From the NCBI RefSeq assembly GCF_009914755.1, contig NC_060928.1: 64,000 nt of DNA; one strand, given 5' to 3'. Numbering within the stretch: position 1 is the stretch's first letter; each line of letters starts with the position of its first letter. The position numbers were made by a program, and so were the translations under genes. Under the pieces are notes generated by a model. That model was not told where the DNA came from. It made no database searches and was given only the letters and a program-made list of their open reading frames with translations. This document shows, piece by piece, positions 13,521 through 27,337 of the stretch. The DNA is from the human T2T-CHM13v2.0 reference genome, Homo sapiens.

Positions 13521-16069
13521 GTACTGTAAAGTACTTTTAGGAAGAACTGTGGCACATCTTTATTGGTGACTGGTAACTTCTAGTGGACAAATGTTATAGG
13601 ATCAGCTTTCAGTTCTTCATTTACATAAACCAAGCAGTTATTGTTAATATATTACTCATTTTGCTTAAGTATGAACTCTCCTCTTTTAATGGATAATTTC
13701 ATATCTTTTCGAGTTTAGGGAAATAAAAGAATGGGATTATTTAAAAGGTTACAATTATATTTGATTTATAGTCTCACAGATTTTAAGAACATTAAAAAAG
13801 TGCTGGTTAATATGAAATTGGAAGTAGTAAAATCAGTAAGTATTAGGCATAGACTGTGAGGTTACATTGTGCCACTTAGTTGTGGAGGATATTTATTAAA
13901 CAAATGTTTGAATGTCTGCTGTGTGCTAGACAGCAGACACTTTTTAGGTACCGGAGAAGTAGGAGAAAACTAAACTAATGAAGGTGCTGCTGTCATAATT
14001 TTACTTTTAATGCTGTGGTTATTTGTTGGGCAAATGTAGTTTTGCTACATGCAGTATGTGATCTTAGAATAAAATTGGCAGCTTCTTCGTATTATGATTG
14101 CTACGCGTTCCAGTACTCACTAGTTTGCAGATTCCTTTAATTGAAGCTGAATGGCATATTGGTTTTATTGATTAATCTTTTAACTCATAGTATCAGTTAT
14201 ACAATTCACAATGATAAATCTCTTTGAGTTTTATACAAAGCATATCCATATTCTTAACTTACTATCAAGTTTAACTTAGTGTAATCGACCTAAAATTAGA
14301 ACTCAGATCTATTAACTCCTTGTTTTGTGTTATTTTTGCCATATGCTATATAGTATTTTTTATGAGATCTGTTCAAAAATCTTATAGAAATATGCACATA
14401 TGCCGGTCCTCTGAATGTAACCAAACTTATATATGAATAATCTATGATGAGTTGTTTAAACGTGTTTATAAAATTATCTGGTAACTTTTATAGTGTACTA
14501 AAAATTTAGTTTTACGTTTTGAAGTCTTTAAGTTTGTTTTCAAGCAGGTAGCTGGTAGTCATGATAGATTCATCATAAGCCCTAAATATGTTAATAATTA
14601 GGATTATTTTTTCTTTATATTCTAGATTAGTAAAGGAGTAGGAAGCCTGTATGTGTCTCAGGCCTCTAATTTATCATATAACAACGTGAGAACACTCTGT
14701 AGGAATGAAAAGATAATAAGTCTTTGTATTTTGTCAGTCTTCAAGATTTCTAGATAAATGGGAGCTGTTTTTAGTTAAATACAAATTCCCAAGCAAGACA
14801 TGACATATTTATAGACAATTCCTTTCTAATTATTATGGGGATGTTCTTGAAAAATCTTATACTAGCAGAATTTCAAATTGAAAAACAGACCTTTGGGAAA
14901 AATAGGCTTTAGAGATACTGTAGCCCCACAAAAGCCCTTACTAATATTTATATTCGCTAAAAGAAAGTACCATAGTAATCATTTGCGTGTTCTGAATTAG
15001 TAATTCAGAAAAGTTAGTTTCCATTTATCATCCTTTTATTATTAGGAAGAGTTCAGTGTTTCCTTCTGTAGCTTATGAGATGTTTGAAAAACCATTTTCG
15101 CTTGTAGTATATAGTATGTACACAAAGGAGCATATTAGTGGCTCAGTATCCAGTCCATGGAAAAGCTAGATGTCTTGTTTTTGTTACTTGGAATTGTTGA
15201 TTCACATGTCTTGGGGGTCCACACAGTCTCAGACATGTTGACTGATTTGGATGAATCAAATGGAAAAGGTTTGGGGTAAACTTATTTAAGAAGTCTTTAA
15301 TTTCTCCGCTACTATGGATGAAACCACTTCAGTAACAGGGTATTGGTAAAATTAGAATTCTTCCTGTAGAGCCTTTATATTAAGACATGAAGATGTTAGA
15401 CAGTCTCTCCTGGCTCTGTTCCCACCACTTAGGTAGGTCTTTGGATCGTAGCACTTCCCACTTTTGAGTCACAGGAATACACTTTTAAGGTCAAGTGGAC
15501 TTTACCTAGGTTTCCTTTAACTCAGGGTTGCATTTTAAAAGTCTTAAAACTCGCCCTGCCTTGCTTTACTCTTATCAATCTCTAGATCCCTTCTTTTTCC
15601 AGTTACTCTAACATAAAAAGTCTCACAATAGTGGAAATGAGAAACCATAAATAAATTTGTGGGTATTAGAATTTTCACAAAGTGGAATTATCATCTTAGA
15701 GGATTTATTAAATTTATATATAATAGTTTTTGTAACTCATAACCAAATGCCTTTATTTAATGTACTTGCTGAAAATTGACAGTTTTTTGGCCAAAGCAGT
15801 ATAGTCAATGTCTTCATTGGTTTAGTGGCTTTTGGCAGAAAACTATAGTATGTGTTTAATTATTGGATTATACTTTACAGTTCAGGTTTTTTCTGTCTCT
15901 TACTGTCTTTTTTTCTGTTTTAGACTATTTGAGTTTATTTTCATGTGGAGATGGTAAATAGAATGTCATCTTTTTATAGGTGATAGAAAATATTTTTACA
16001 TTATCTGTTACATATATACTTTCCAATAGTTATTTCAAGCTGTATTTTTTTGTATTAACCTTTTGCTTT

Positions 16070-16860
16070 GACTTGCCTGATTTAAGGTAACTATAACTTA
16101 ACCAATTTTAAGAGGGCTTTCTGACCTCTTTGGATCTTGGTTGTCTTTTGTTAATTTTGGAAAATCTTGGCTATTATCTTTTCAGATAATTCTTTTTTCC
16201 TTTGCTTTCTCTATTCTCCCTTTGGGACACCAATTAAGTATATGTTAGACTGTTTGATAATGGTGTTCCTTTATGGTTTCTTTATTTTAAAAAACACACC
16301 TTCCCTTTTTTTTCTGTTTCAGTTTGGATGACTTCTGTTGACCTAAGTTCATGAAGAATCCTGTCAAAGGGATTCTCCATCTTTGATAAATTCTTATTTT
16401 TAATTTTAGCATTGCCATTTGACTCTCTTACAGTTTTCGTATCCCTGCTAAAATTTCCTGTCTGTTCTTATGTTGTCCAGATCCTTTAACATATTAATCT
16501 TTTCCTTTACCTTTTTTAACATATTTATGAATCATAGTTATTTTAACATCTCTGATTAGTTCCAACATCTGGGTAATCTCTGTTTGGTTCTGTTGTTTGC
16601 TTTATCTCTTGACGATGGGTTGTTTTTTTTTTTTTCCTTCTTTAAATGTGTCATACTTTTTGAATGATAGAAGAACCTGTGTCTAGAAATGCGTATACCT
16701 CCTCTGTCACACTGTTGGTATGGTAGGTTGAGTTAGTTTTGTCACTGCTTGGGCTGGTTATGGCTCTGTTGTTACTACCATCCCCTTCAGTGCACCACAG
16801 ACCTAAATTTCTCTGGCGGCAAGTTGCTGTTATTTTGTGCTTTAGATGGACTGAGTGGTG
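16070..16860 (-). mobile_element. Old L1M fragment
   Basis: T-rich antisense L1M-type motifs such as ttttggaaaatcttggctattat and tgggacaccaatta. Confidence 0.55.
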
Positions 16861-16868
16861 TTCCTACT

Positions 16869-17220
16869 TGCTATGGTTTGAAAATTTGTCCTCTCCAAAA
16901 CTCCTGTTGAAATTTAATTGCCTTTGTGAGAGTACTGAGAAATGGGACCATTAAGAGGTGCTTAGGCCATGAGAGCTCTACCCTCATAAGTGGGATTAAT
17001 GTTGTTATAAAATATAGGGCAAGCATGGCTCCCTTTTGTGTCTCTCTCTTTGCCCATCTGCCATGTAGTGATGCAGCAAGAAGGCTGTCACTAGATGCTG
17101 GTGTCTTCATCTTGGACTTCCCAGCCTCCAGAACAGTGAGGAAATATAAATGGATTGCTGTGCCTTATAAATTACACTGTCTCAGATATTCTGTTATGGC
17201 TGCACAAAGGGACTAAGACA
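16869..17220 (+). mobile_element. MaLR solo LTR (MST-type)
   Basis: tgctatggtttgaa...ggactaagaca ends; imperfect 5-bp TSD ctact/ctgct. Confidence 0.85.
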
Positions 17221-17759
17221 CTGCTCTGTTGGCAGCTATCAGCAACATCCTGTTCTATAGTGGATTCTTTTTTATATGTGCTAGGTTTGTGATGGGGGTG
17301 GAGAAGTTCTTGGTTTTCCTGGTCTACCCTCAGTCTTAGGTAGGGCTCGTAAGCCTGAGTCTTGAGAGTAGAACCTTTTCGGTCGTCCCTTCTCCCCCTA
17401 ATCTTTCCCCTCCCATGGCAGCCAAATTTTGCCTTGTGACTGAGGTAGTACTTGGGACAGAGAGTTTTCTGTCCTTCCCCTAGCAGTAGTATACTTCTGA
17501 TTAGTTTTGGTATGGGATCATGGGTCAGGAGGGTCTCTGTGTCCTTGAAGCATAGTAGGCTTTTACTTCTATCTCTCCCCTAGGAGCAGTGGATCTTTGC
17601 CTGGGCCTTGTGGGTGGGAGAGGTAATTACCTGCTTCTCCTAGTCTGTAATTGTCTCTCAGACTCTGACTAATCCTGATTTTTGGTATATCTCTTTTTCT
17701 TTTCCTTCCAGGTTTTGTGTTCTGTTCTCTTATTTAGCCACTGACTTGTATTCCCCATC

Positions 17760-18125
17760 TGTATTAGTTCATTTTCACACTGCTATAAAGATACTACCTG
17801 AGACTGGGTAATTTATGAACAAAAGGGGTTTAACTGACTCACATTTCCACCTGGCTTGGGAGGTCTCAGGAAACTTACAATCATGGCAGAAGGCGAAGGG
17901 GAAGCAAGGCACATCTTACATGGTGGCAGGAGAGAGAGAGCAAGAGCAAGGAAGTGCCACACTTAAAACTATCGGCTCTCATGAGAACTCCCTCACTATC
18001 ATGAGAACAGCATGGGGGAAACTACCCCTGTGGGCCAGTCACCTCCCATCAGGATCCTCCCCCCACACATGAGGATTACAGTTGGGGGTCAGATTTGGGT
18101 GGGGACACAGAGCCAAACCTTATCA
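17760..18125 (-). mobile_element. MaLR solo LTR (MSTA/MSTB/THE1-type)
   Basis: tgtattagttcattttcacactgctataaag...ccaaaccttatca; perfect TSD CCATC at 17755-17759 and 18126-18130. Confidence 0.9.
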
Positions 18126-18879
18126 CCATCTAACTTTTGACGTTATTTTAATATTTTCTTGCTGCTTTGTCTCCCCTGTCGTGTGCTCTTTTTGTATTGC
18201 ATTCAGATTGACTCATCAGCCTGTAAGTAGGCCAGTAAACTTTTCAATTACTTTTGTGACTCAGAAACTTACCTATAATTCTAGTTAATCTACTTGACTA
18301 TGTAGTTACTTAATTATGTAATCGACATGACAGCATAGATCTTCCATTTTTGTATAGTTTGTACCAAAAATCTCTAACGAGGATTTCATGGTTTCACTTA
18401 GTTGATTTCACAATCTAATGGTTGTGAAACTGTTAATCTTTTTTTTTTTTACCTGCCTGTGGTGAAGAATGCATAGTTTTGTAGAAGGATTATGGGATTG
18501 AGTCAGGTGACCTGGGATATTATACCATTTCTTTTATCTGCTTGTCTATTCAATTACAAAACATTTATTGAATACCTTTTTTATTCTGGGTGGTGAGATA
18601 TTATTACTATGAATTCTGATAGCTTTACACAGTCATTGTGTTAAGTTTTTCATAGGTTCACATTTAATTCTCCCAACAACTCTATGAGAGCAGTAGGTAT
18701 TATATGTAGTAATTATTTGAGGAAACCGAAGGACTATGTAAGTATCATGCCCATTATCTCATAGATAGTAAAGAGAAGCAAGCCTTCCACAAACATTAGT
18801 AATATTCCATCTCATGGATACTTCATAATATATGTAACTATTCCTTGTCATTAGAAACACACTTTAAGTTTTAGCTTTG

Positions 18880-19680
18880 TAAGTAATGATTCAGCCAGAG
18901 TCCTAAGAGGTATACTTGATTGTTCTGGGCCCTCATCGCCCACATTCTGACCTCCTGCCAGTAAATACTATGGGTTCTAGCCACCACATTATGTCTTGAG
19001 TTTCTCTGCTTTTTTCTATTTTCATTGCCATCACTCTGGTCTGGGCTACCATTCCCTCTTACTGGGATTCCTGCAGTACCTTCCTAACTTCTTGTTATCA
19101 TTCTTTACCTTCTGCAGTCTAATCTCAGAAGTACACATAAGATAATTTTCTCCCCCCGCTTTAGAGGCTTATGTAATTATGATAGAATAGAAACCTTTTA
19201 TGCTGGCCTGCAAATTGCTGCATGATCTGGCCCCTGTCTACCTTTGTAGCTTCATCTGTTTTTACCATTTCCATCTACCCAGCTTCCTTTCTGCTGCTGG
19301 AGTATGTGAAACTCTTTCTCTGTTTCTGGGCCCTGGCACTTGAGGTTTCCCACATCTTGATTGTTCCTTCTCATCTTTTTGCATGTCTGGATGCAGTATA
19401 TTTTTGGTTTTGTATTTTTTCAGGACTTTTTTTGGTGACTTCCTATAGGAGCAGGCTCTGTCTTTGCTGTCCCTGATAAACATACACGGTATTTTGTTAA
19501 TTTCCTTTATAATACTTACAACCAGAAATTACATTTTAATATGCTTATTAACTTGTTATCTGTACTTATCCACAGAAATATAAGCTGTAAAAGGATTGGG
19601 CCCTTGTACTCATGTAGTATCTAGATAGTACACAGTGTCTCATAGGTAACTACATAAAACTTTTTGGATGAATGCCTTGG
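18880..19680. mobile_element. L2 fragments
   Basis: catgatctggcccctgtctacct and ttttggatgaatg L2-type motifs. Confidence 0.55.
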
Positions 19681-19705
19681 TTCATACCTTTTGTGCATAA
19701 ACCTT

Positions 19706-19812
19706 CATATATATAAATATATATGTAAATATATATATAAATATATATGTAAATATATATATAAATATATATGTAAATATATATGTAAATATATATATAT
19801 GTATATATATAT
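19706..19812. repeat. AT-rich minisatellite (ATATATATAA/ATATATGTAA units)
   Basis: Seen directly. Confidence 0.9.
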
Positions 19813-20126
19813 CTAATTTTCTTTTTCCCGAGGATAGACAGCCAAATTAGAATTAAGCTAGAGGAAATATTTAATGCATTTTAAACCAGATACGGTAACT
19901 TAAAATGTTTTAGAAGTGATTTTTTTCAAAGATCTTAGAATTCTTAAAATTGGTACTTTGTTATTTTTATTTTATTCTTCTCTTGTATACATAGGTTCTC
20001 TTATTTTGAACTTGGAAAATATATGCAAGTGTAGACAAGAGAATAAAACAAATTTTACTCTTCAGAAAGAACCATTTTGGTATTGTTCTTTTCTATATGT
20101 ATATGTAGTATTATTTTATGTAGTTG

Positions 20127-20796
<670 letters not shown>

Positions 20797-21464
20797 AGTT
20801 GCAATCCTTTTAGATGGAATTTTGCATCTTTTAAAAATCCAACGTATCCTGAGCTTTTTCTTAACTATTGAATGGAAGATATAAATTATTTCCTCATTGT
20901 TGGGTAGATTCTCATTGTTGGATAGTTTTCAGTTTTTCTTTAAAAAATATTGTTGTAGACATTTATTTGCCTAAATCTTTTCTCCACTGTGGATTTTAAG
21001 GGCAGCTTCCTAGAAGCATACTATTAAGTTAAAAGATATGTATATTTTACGGTTTAAAAAATATCTATTTGTATGTATTTACTGACAGATTGCTTTCTGG
21101 AAGGATTGTGTTTTTGAGTGCCCAATAGTGTTTTTATTGAAACAGAATCTTTGGTATTTTCAGTGAAATGTCATGTTTTTATTTCTTTGATTATTTAGAG
21201 TATGATTGGTTTCCCTTTTCTGTGTTGTTAAATACACTGTCCCTTGTAATTGGGGGTTGAGATTGCTCCAGCAAAAGATGTGTTAAACTAATGAGAAGAT
21301 GAAGACTGATTCTTTTCTGACATTCTCTTATGGTGATTCTTGTAAAAATGTGCTATCATGAAAAGGGTTGAGCTTTCTATTAATAATAAGTTAATTGTGG
21401 TTTCATTTTTTCCAGTTTTGTAAAGTTTCAGTTGTTGCTAATTTTTTTTCCCCCAATTGTAATT

Positions 21465-21500
21465 CTACTCCTGATCTTAGCCAAAAGGCCAAGAAGCAAT
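21465..21500 (-). pseudogene. 3'-truncated U2 snRNA retropseudogene (first ~36 nt)
   Basis: Reverse complement ATTGCTTCTTGGCCTTTTGGCTAAGATCAGGAGTAG versus the U2 5' end ATCGCTTCTCGGCCTTTTGGCTAAGATCAAGTGTAG. Flanked by the direct repeat ccccc(aa)ttgtaattct. Confidence 0.9.
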
Positions 21501-21528
21501 GCCCCCTTGTAATTCTGGTTTTATCTAG

Positions 21529-21869
<341 letters not shown>

Positions 21870-21875
21870 CATTAG

Positions 21876-22316
<441 letters not shown>

Positions 22317-24933
22317 TGAGAAAGAGGGGAGGGTTGGGAGGGAAACAGTGTGTGAAATAGAGGAATAAACTAGGCTTTATAAATAAACTTGCATGTAAAT
22401 GGTATATTATTTGCTAACTCAGAATCTCTTTGCCTCAATTTCTCCTTGGGTTAAAAATAAAGAGATAATCACTATCTTTCAAGGTCATGGTAAGGATTAA
22501 ATTGGAAACATATGTATGCACATATATACCTGTCTTATATTGTATATAATTTGGTGTTCAGTGAATTAGGTATTTTTTTCCCTTGGAAAACAGAGGGATT
22601 GGCACAATGTCTTGGAATTACTGTATTATAGAAACACAGGAATGAGGTATATTAGTATATGCTGGGACATTGCCTGAGGTGCCGAAAGTGTATAATAAGT
22701 TACATTATGGTGGGCAAAGCAGTTTAACAGATCCATTCTTTGTAACACAGCTGCAGTAAAAATAGAATTGTATAATTAAAATAAGATATGAAAAGACTCT
22801 TTGAAGGTTAATTTAAAAATGAAAATTTACTGCTGTGTTTATTAATCTCTTTGAAGGAGACTTAATGCTGTATCAAATGTTCCTTTTGTAATTGACAGAA
22901 ACAAAGCACCATGTACAGTGTTAGAGTGTGTAGCTGTGCTGAGTGAGCCATGTAAATCTGCAAGGTTATGTATTTTGGTATGATGGTGATAGCTTATTTT
23001 CATATTATATAGCCATGAAATTGATCCTCAGCATTTATCTTAGTCTTTGAAAAGTTACTGTGAACAGTAGTATTATCAGATTGTTACCTGATTAATACGT
23101 CACAAATGGATGAGCCTCTCAGCAAACCAAGGAAGTTATCTCAAATGGGACTGAAATAATGGTATTAGATACCTGAGTTCCTTATATTTCTCTGGAAAAG
23201 AAGGTGCTCACTGTAGAACTCACCCAAATGCAAGTTGGGCTTGAGAGTTACAGGCAATCATCTTTATAACGAACCAGTTCCTGCAAACAGTCCTGAGCCC
23301 CTTCGATGTGGGAGACTGTGTGTGCCTGGTTAGGAAGGTGAAAAAAATGAAATAACATGTGTTCTCCAGTAAAAGAGACTTAGGCCATTTTAGTCAGGGT
23401 GAACAACATACCCACTTAATAGGGTTGTTGTGAGCAATAAAGATCAGTATAGGAAAATGTTTAGTACAGTGTTTGCCACATAATAACTCTTAGAAAGCAT
23501 TAGCTGTTACTGTATTTTAAAATCCTACAGTTTCCTTCTATGATGATGCTCTGCTCGAAATGGTTATTTAATTCTTAAACCTGTTTGTAATAAAGGTTTA
23601 GAAAAGAACCAGAATAGGGCTGGAGTGTGACTTACTGCTTCTACTGCAACTGCTTTAGGAAATTTAAATATAAAGAAAACTAACAGGAAATTGTGTCGTT
23701 GTATAGGCAGGGTAATGTACAAGCTATTTTAAGAAGGGGCTCTTTGCATTTCAGTGTTCATCTGTCAGTTGGCTGTAGTAGAAACATCCTGTTTATTTAG
23801 CACCATTGGGGGATTAAGTATCCCACATGAGTGAACAGCCATTTATTGAGTACTTACGTATATCAGGCAACTGTTCTGAATGCTTCACATGAAATAACTC
23901 ATTTAGTCCTCACAAGCTTATGGGGTAGATCCGTATCTTATAGGTAATGTAACGGAGACCCAGAGAGGTTAAACACGAGTTCACAGAACTGGCAAGTGGG
24001 TGAGACAGAATTCTCACAACAAGATTCACATCCTTAACCAGTACTCTTGCCTCTTGAGTAATTGAACCTTGACTCCTTTGAATTATAAAACTTGCTTTAT
24101 TTCAAACATTTTGGAGTCAAATTATTTCTAAAACGTGTGACTTATTTCTCTACTTTCTTAATCAGAATGTATTGGGTACAGTTAATGGGTACAATATTAG
24201 GGTTAGTACACATGCAAAAACACAGATACTCTTAAGGATTGTTGATTTGTGTTCCACTGTTCATGTTCAACCTTATTTTTCATGGTTTTGAATTGCTGTA
24301 ATATCTAGTTTTCCAAAAGCTTTTTACTTAAATACAGTATAACAGTACAGGAAAGGGCTCAAATCATCAGTATACAGCTCATTTCAACCATTTTTAACAA
24401 AGTGAATACTCACATGTTATTAGCACCCAGATCGAGAAACATAATGTTGCCTTTACCCAGAAGTCCTTCATGTCCTCTTGAAATCAGTATGTGCCTTTGC
24501 CTAAGGTTAACCACTGTCCTTACTTTAATACCATAGATTTGCTTCCCTATTTTTGAATGTGAATAAATGGAGTCATCAGCATATGATTGTATCAGCTTAT
24601 TTACTGGACAGCTGTCATTTTATTTTTTGGTATCTGCTAAGACTGGAAAATAGGGGTATCAAGGCTTGAATTGTAAATCTTGATGGTATGAAGGATCCTC
24701 CTTTAACTAAAGCATGTAGGATTTTAATGTGTGATATTTGTGACATAGTTTTCATTTCTGACTATTTTTTCAGGTTTATGTTTTGCCTGGGTGAATTCAG
24801 AATGTAACTTTCAGATATACAAATTGTTTACCTTGGTTACCAGGCTATGTAGTTTATAAGAGCAGTAAAACTGAAAATATAGCATTCAGTGCTAGTTGTA
24901 TTATGAGAATGAAGCCAAATTTAGCACCTCAGG

Positions 24934-24934
<1 letters not shown>

Positions 24935-25021
<87 letters not shown>

Positions 25022-25028
25022 GTATATG
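24935..25028. repeat. (TA)n microsatellite with TG interruptions
   Basis: Seen directly. Confidence 0.95.
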
Positions 25029-25429
25029 TCTATTCATGTAAATATGCAGTGTTGATTTATCCTAATTACTGAGACATTCCATTATGGCTTATTGAAAATT
25101 ACATATAAACCTTATTTTAAATCTGATTTTTAGATACTTGAGTTTTAAGAAGCTGATCACCATGCGCCAGTTCCTCTTATTTGACAAACAAGGAAGTTGT
25201 GGCTATGTGAGCTCATAATTTGAGGTTCAGTGGAACAGAGGAGAACTGTGACGGGCAGAACATTTACTTTCATATTCTCTGTAAAACCAAATCAGTGAGA
25301 AGGATGCAAGGAGAACTAGGACAGTATATGAACTTTTTCCTTCTTAAAGCTTTTTCTGTGTAGGAGCATATTCGTATAACTGAGAAGATTGTTTGAAATT
25401 TTAGCTTAAGGCTAATATATTATTTCAAT

Positions 25430-26120
25430 ATATACTCATTGAACACTTACAGATATTGTTGTAGGTATTGGAGCAATGAAGAAAACGATGAGCTTAATTT
25501 CACTGAGGATAAGACAGTTAACAAGTAGACAAATATTTATCAGGAGATGATAAATGCAATGAAGGAAAATAAAATAGGTGAGAAGGTAGAGAATGTTAGG
25601 GAAAGTATATGTGTGTTTGCTGTTATTTAAGGTGGTCAGGGAAATCTTCATAGTTGACATTTGACAAGAGAGAAGGGAGAGACAGAGGGATGAGACCCTT
25701 CAGGTGGAGAGAATGGCATGTGCATGGGCCCTGATGGATACCATTGTTGGATTTTTGGAGAAACTTCCAGGAGACCACAGGGCTGGTGTAGAGTAAGCAA
25801 TGGAGAGAGTAATAGATAGATCAGAGAGGTTGTCTGGGCTAGAATGTACAGTCTTGTAGACATCATCTACAAGATGTGAGGACATTGTCATTGTATGTCA
25901 TGTACTCTGAGATGGGGAGCTACTGCAGGGTTTTTGAGAAGTGTGACATGATTTGATTTATGTTTGGAAATGATCACTTCAGCTCTTTCACTGAAATGAC
26001 ACTCTAGAAGGTCTAGTCTTAGAGCAGGGAGACCAATTAGTAGGCTTTTGTCCGGGGAGAGAAAGTGCTAGAGCTCCCTTGTTAGCTATGGAGGTGGTAA
26101 TAGGTGGTATAGGTGGAGCT
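25430..26120. mobile_element. L2 fragment
   Basis: ggtggtcagggaa, gcatgtgcatgggccctga and tgacatgatttgatttatgttt are L2-type motifs. Confidence 0.65.
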
Positions 26121-26797
26121 ATATGTGGATGCTAAATACAGTGAAAGCCCTTCTGTTCTGTTGTCCTGAAAATCAAATTCATTGTTATATGAACTTTATT
26201 GTGAAGTAAAGACATAAAAGCTTATGCCTTTATAGGATATAATTTAAAGAGCTAGGAAATTGGAACAACCCGTAGTGTTCAACTGCTGAATGTTACAAGA
26301 TACAATAAGCACCAAACCAAATAATTAAACTTTTTTTTTTTTTTTTTTTTTTTGCCTCTTGCCTTGTCCGTGATCCCTTTAAAACTTAGAATTTATTTGA
26401 GCTTTTTTTCTTTACTGTTTTGTTTGATGTTGCTTTCATTTTCTACTTGGGTTAAGATGTATCTTGCTAATAATCTAAGATCACACCGTGCTGTTACAGA
26501 ATTACAGACTTTGATTGAACTCAAGGAAGTGGACAAAGCCTAAAGCTCAAACTGTCTGCTAATTACAGGAACTTCTCTGGTGTATCCCTTATAGACTGTC
26601 ATTCATTAGCTCCTCAGATACTTTGGGTGGTTGGGAACTTATTGCTCCTGAACAACTTTTCCATTAGTAGGCAGTTCTGGTTTGTGAGAAGTTCTTTGTT
26701 GCATTAAACTAAAATCTTTCAGTACTTTCTTTGGGTTCTAGATGTATCCTTTGAAGCAAAGAGTGGCTATTTTTTCTCTTAATGTTTTAAAAGACCC

Positions 26798-27337
26798 TGT
26801 ATTAGGGTTCTGTACAGAAATAGAACCAGAAGGAATGAATGTATATTTTCATTATTACAAATTAATAATATAATTTTATATAGTGCATATCTGTAATTAT
26901 ATTACCAATTATTTAGTTGCACTTAAAATACTCAAAGATGTAACTTAAAATAATTAATTGTTTTATACATGTATCTACATATCTACATAGATAGACATAG
27001 GTAAAACATAGAGACTTATTTCAAGGAATTGGCTGAGGTAATTGAAAAGATCCAAATCCAAATCCAAAATCCATAGGATAGGCTGGCAGATTGGAAACTC
27101 TTGGGCAGGCGATGATGCTGCAGTCGTGGGGCAGAATATTTCTTTCTCAGAAAAGGCTTTCCTGCTGATTGGATCAGGCCCACCCACATTTCCAAGAATA
27201 ATTTCCTTTGCTTAAAGTCAACTGATTGTAGATGTTAACTGTGTTTACAAAATACCATCACAGTAGCACCCAGGTTAGTGTTTGATTGAATAACTGGATA
27301 CTATAGTTTAGACAAGTTGATACATAAAACTGTCATA
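26798..27337 (-). mobile_element. MLT2-type LTR (3' LTR of the ERV-L provirus)
   Basis: tgtattagggttct...gattggatcaggcccaccca...acaagttgatacataaaa, directly adjoining ERV-L internal sequence. Confidence 0.8.

Noticed and set aside
14820-15700. Possible ancient DNA-transposon remnant
   Set aside because: I could not identify terminal repeats or a transposase motif by eye.
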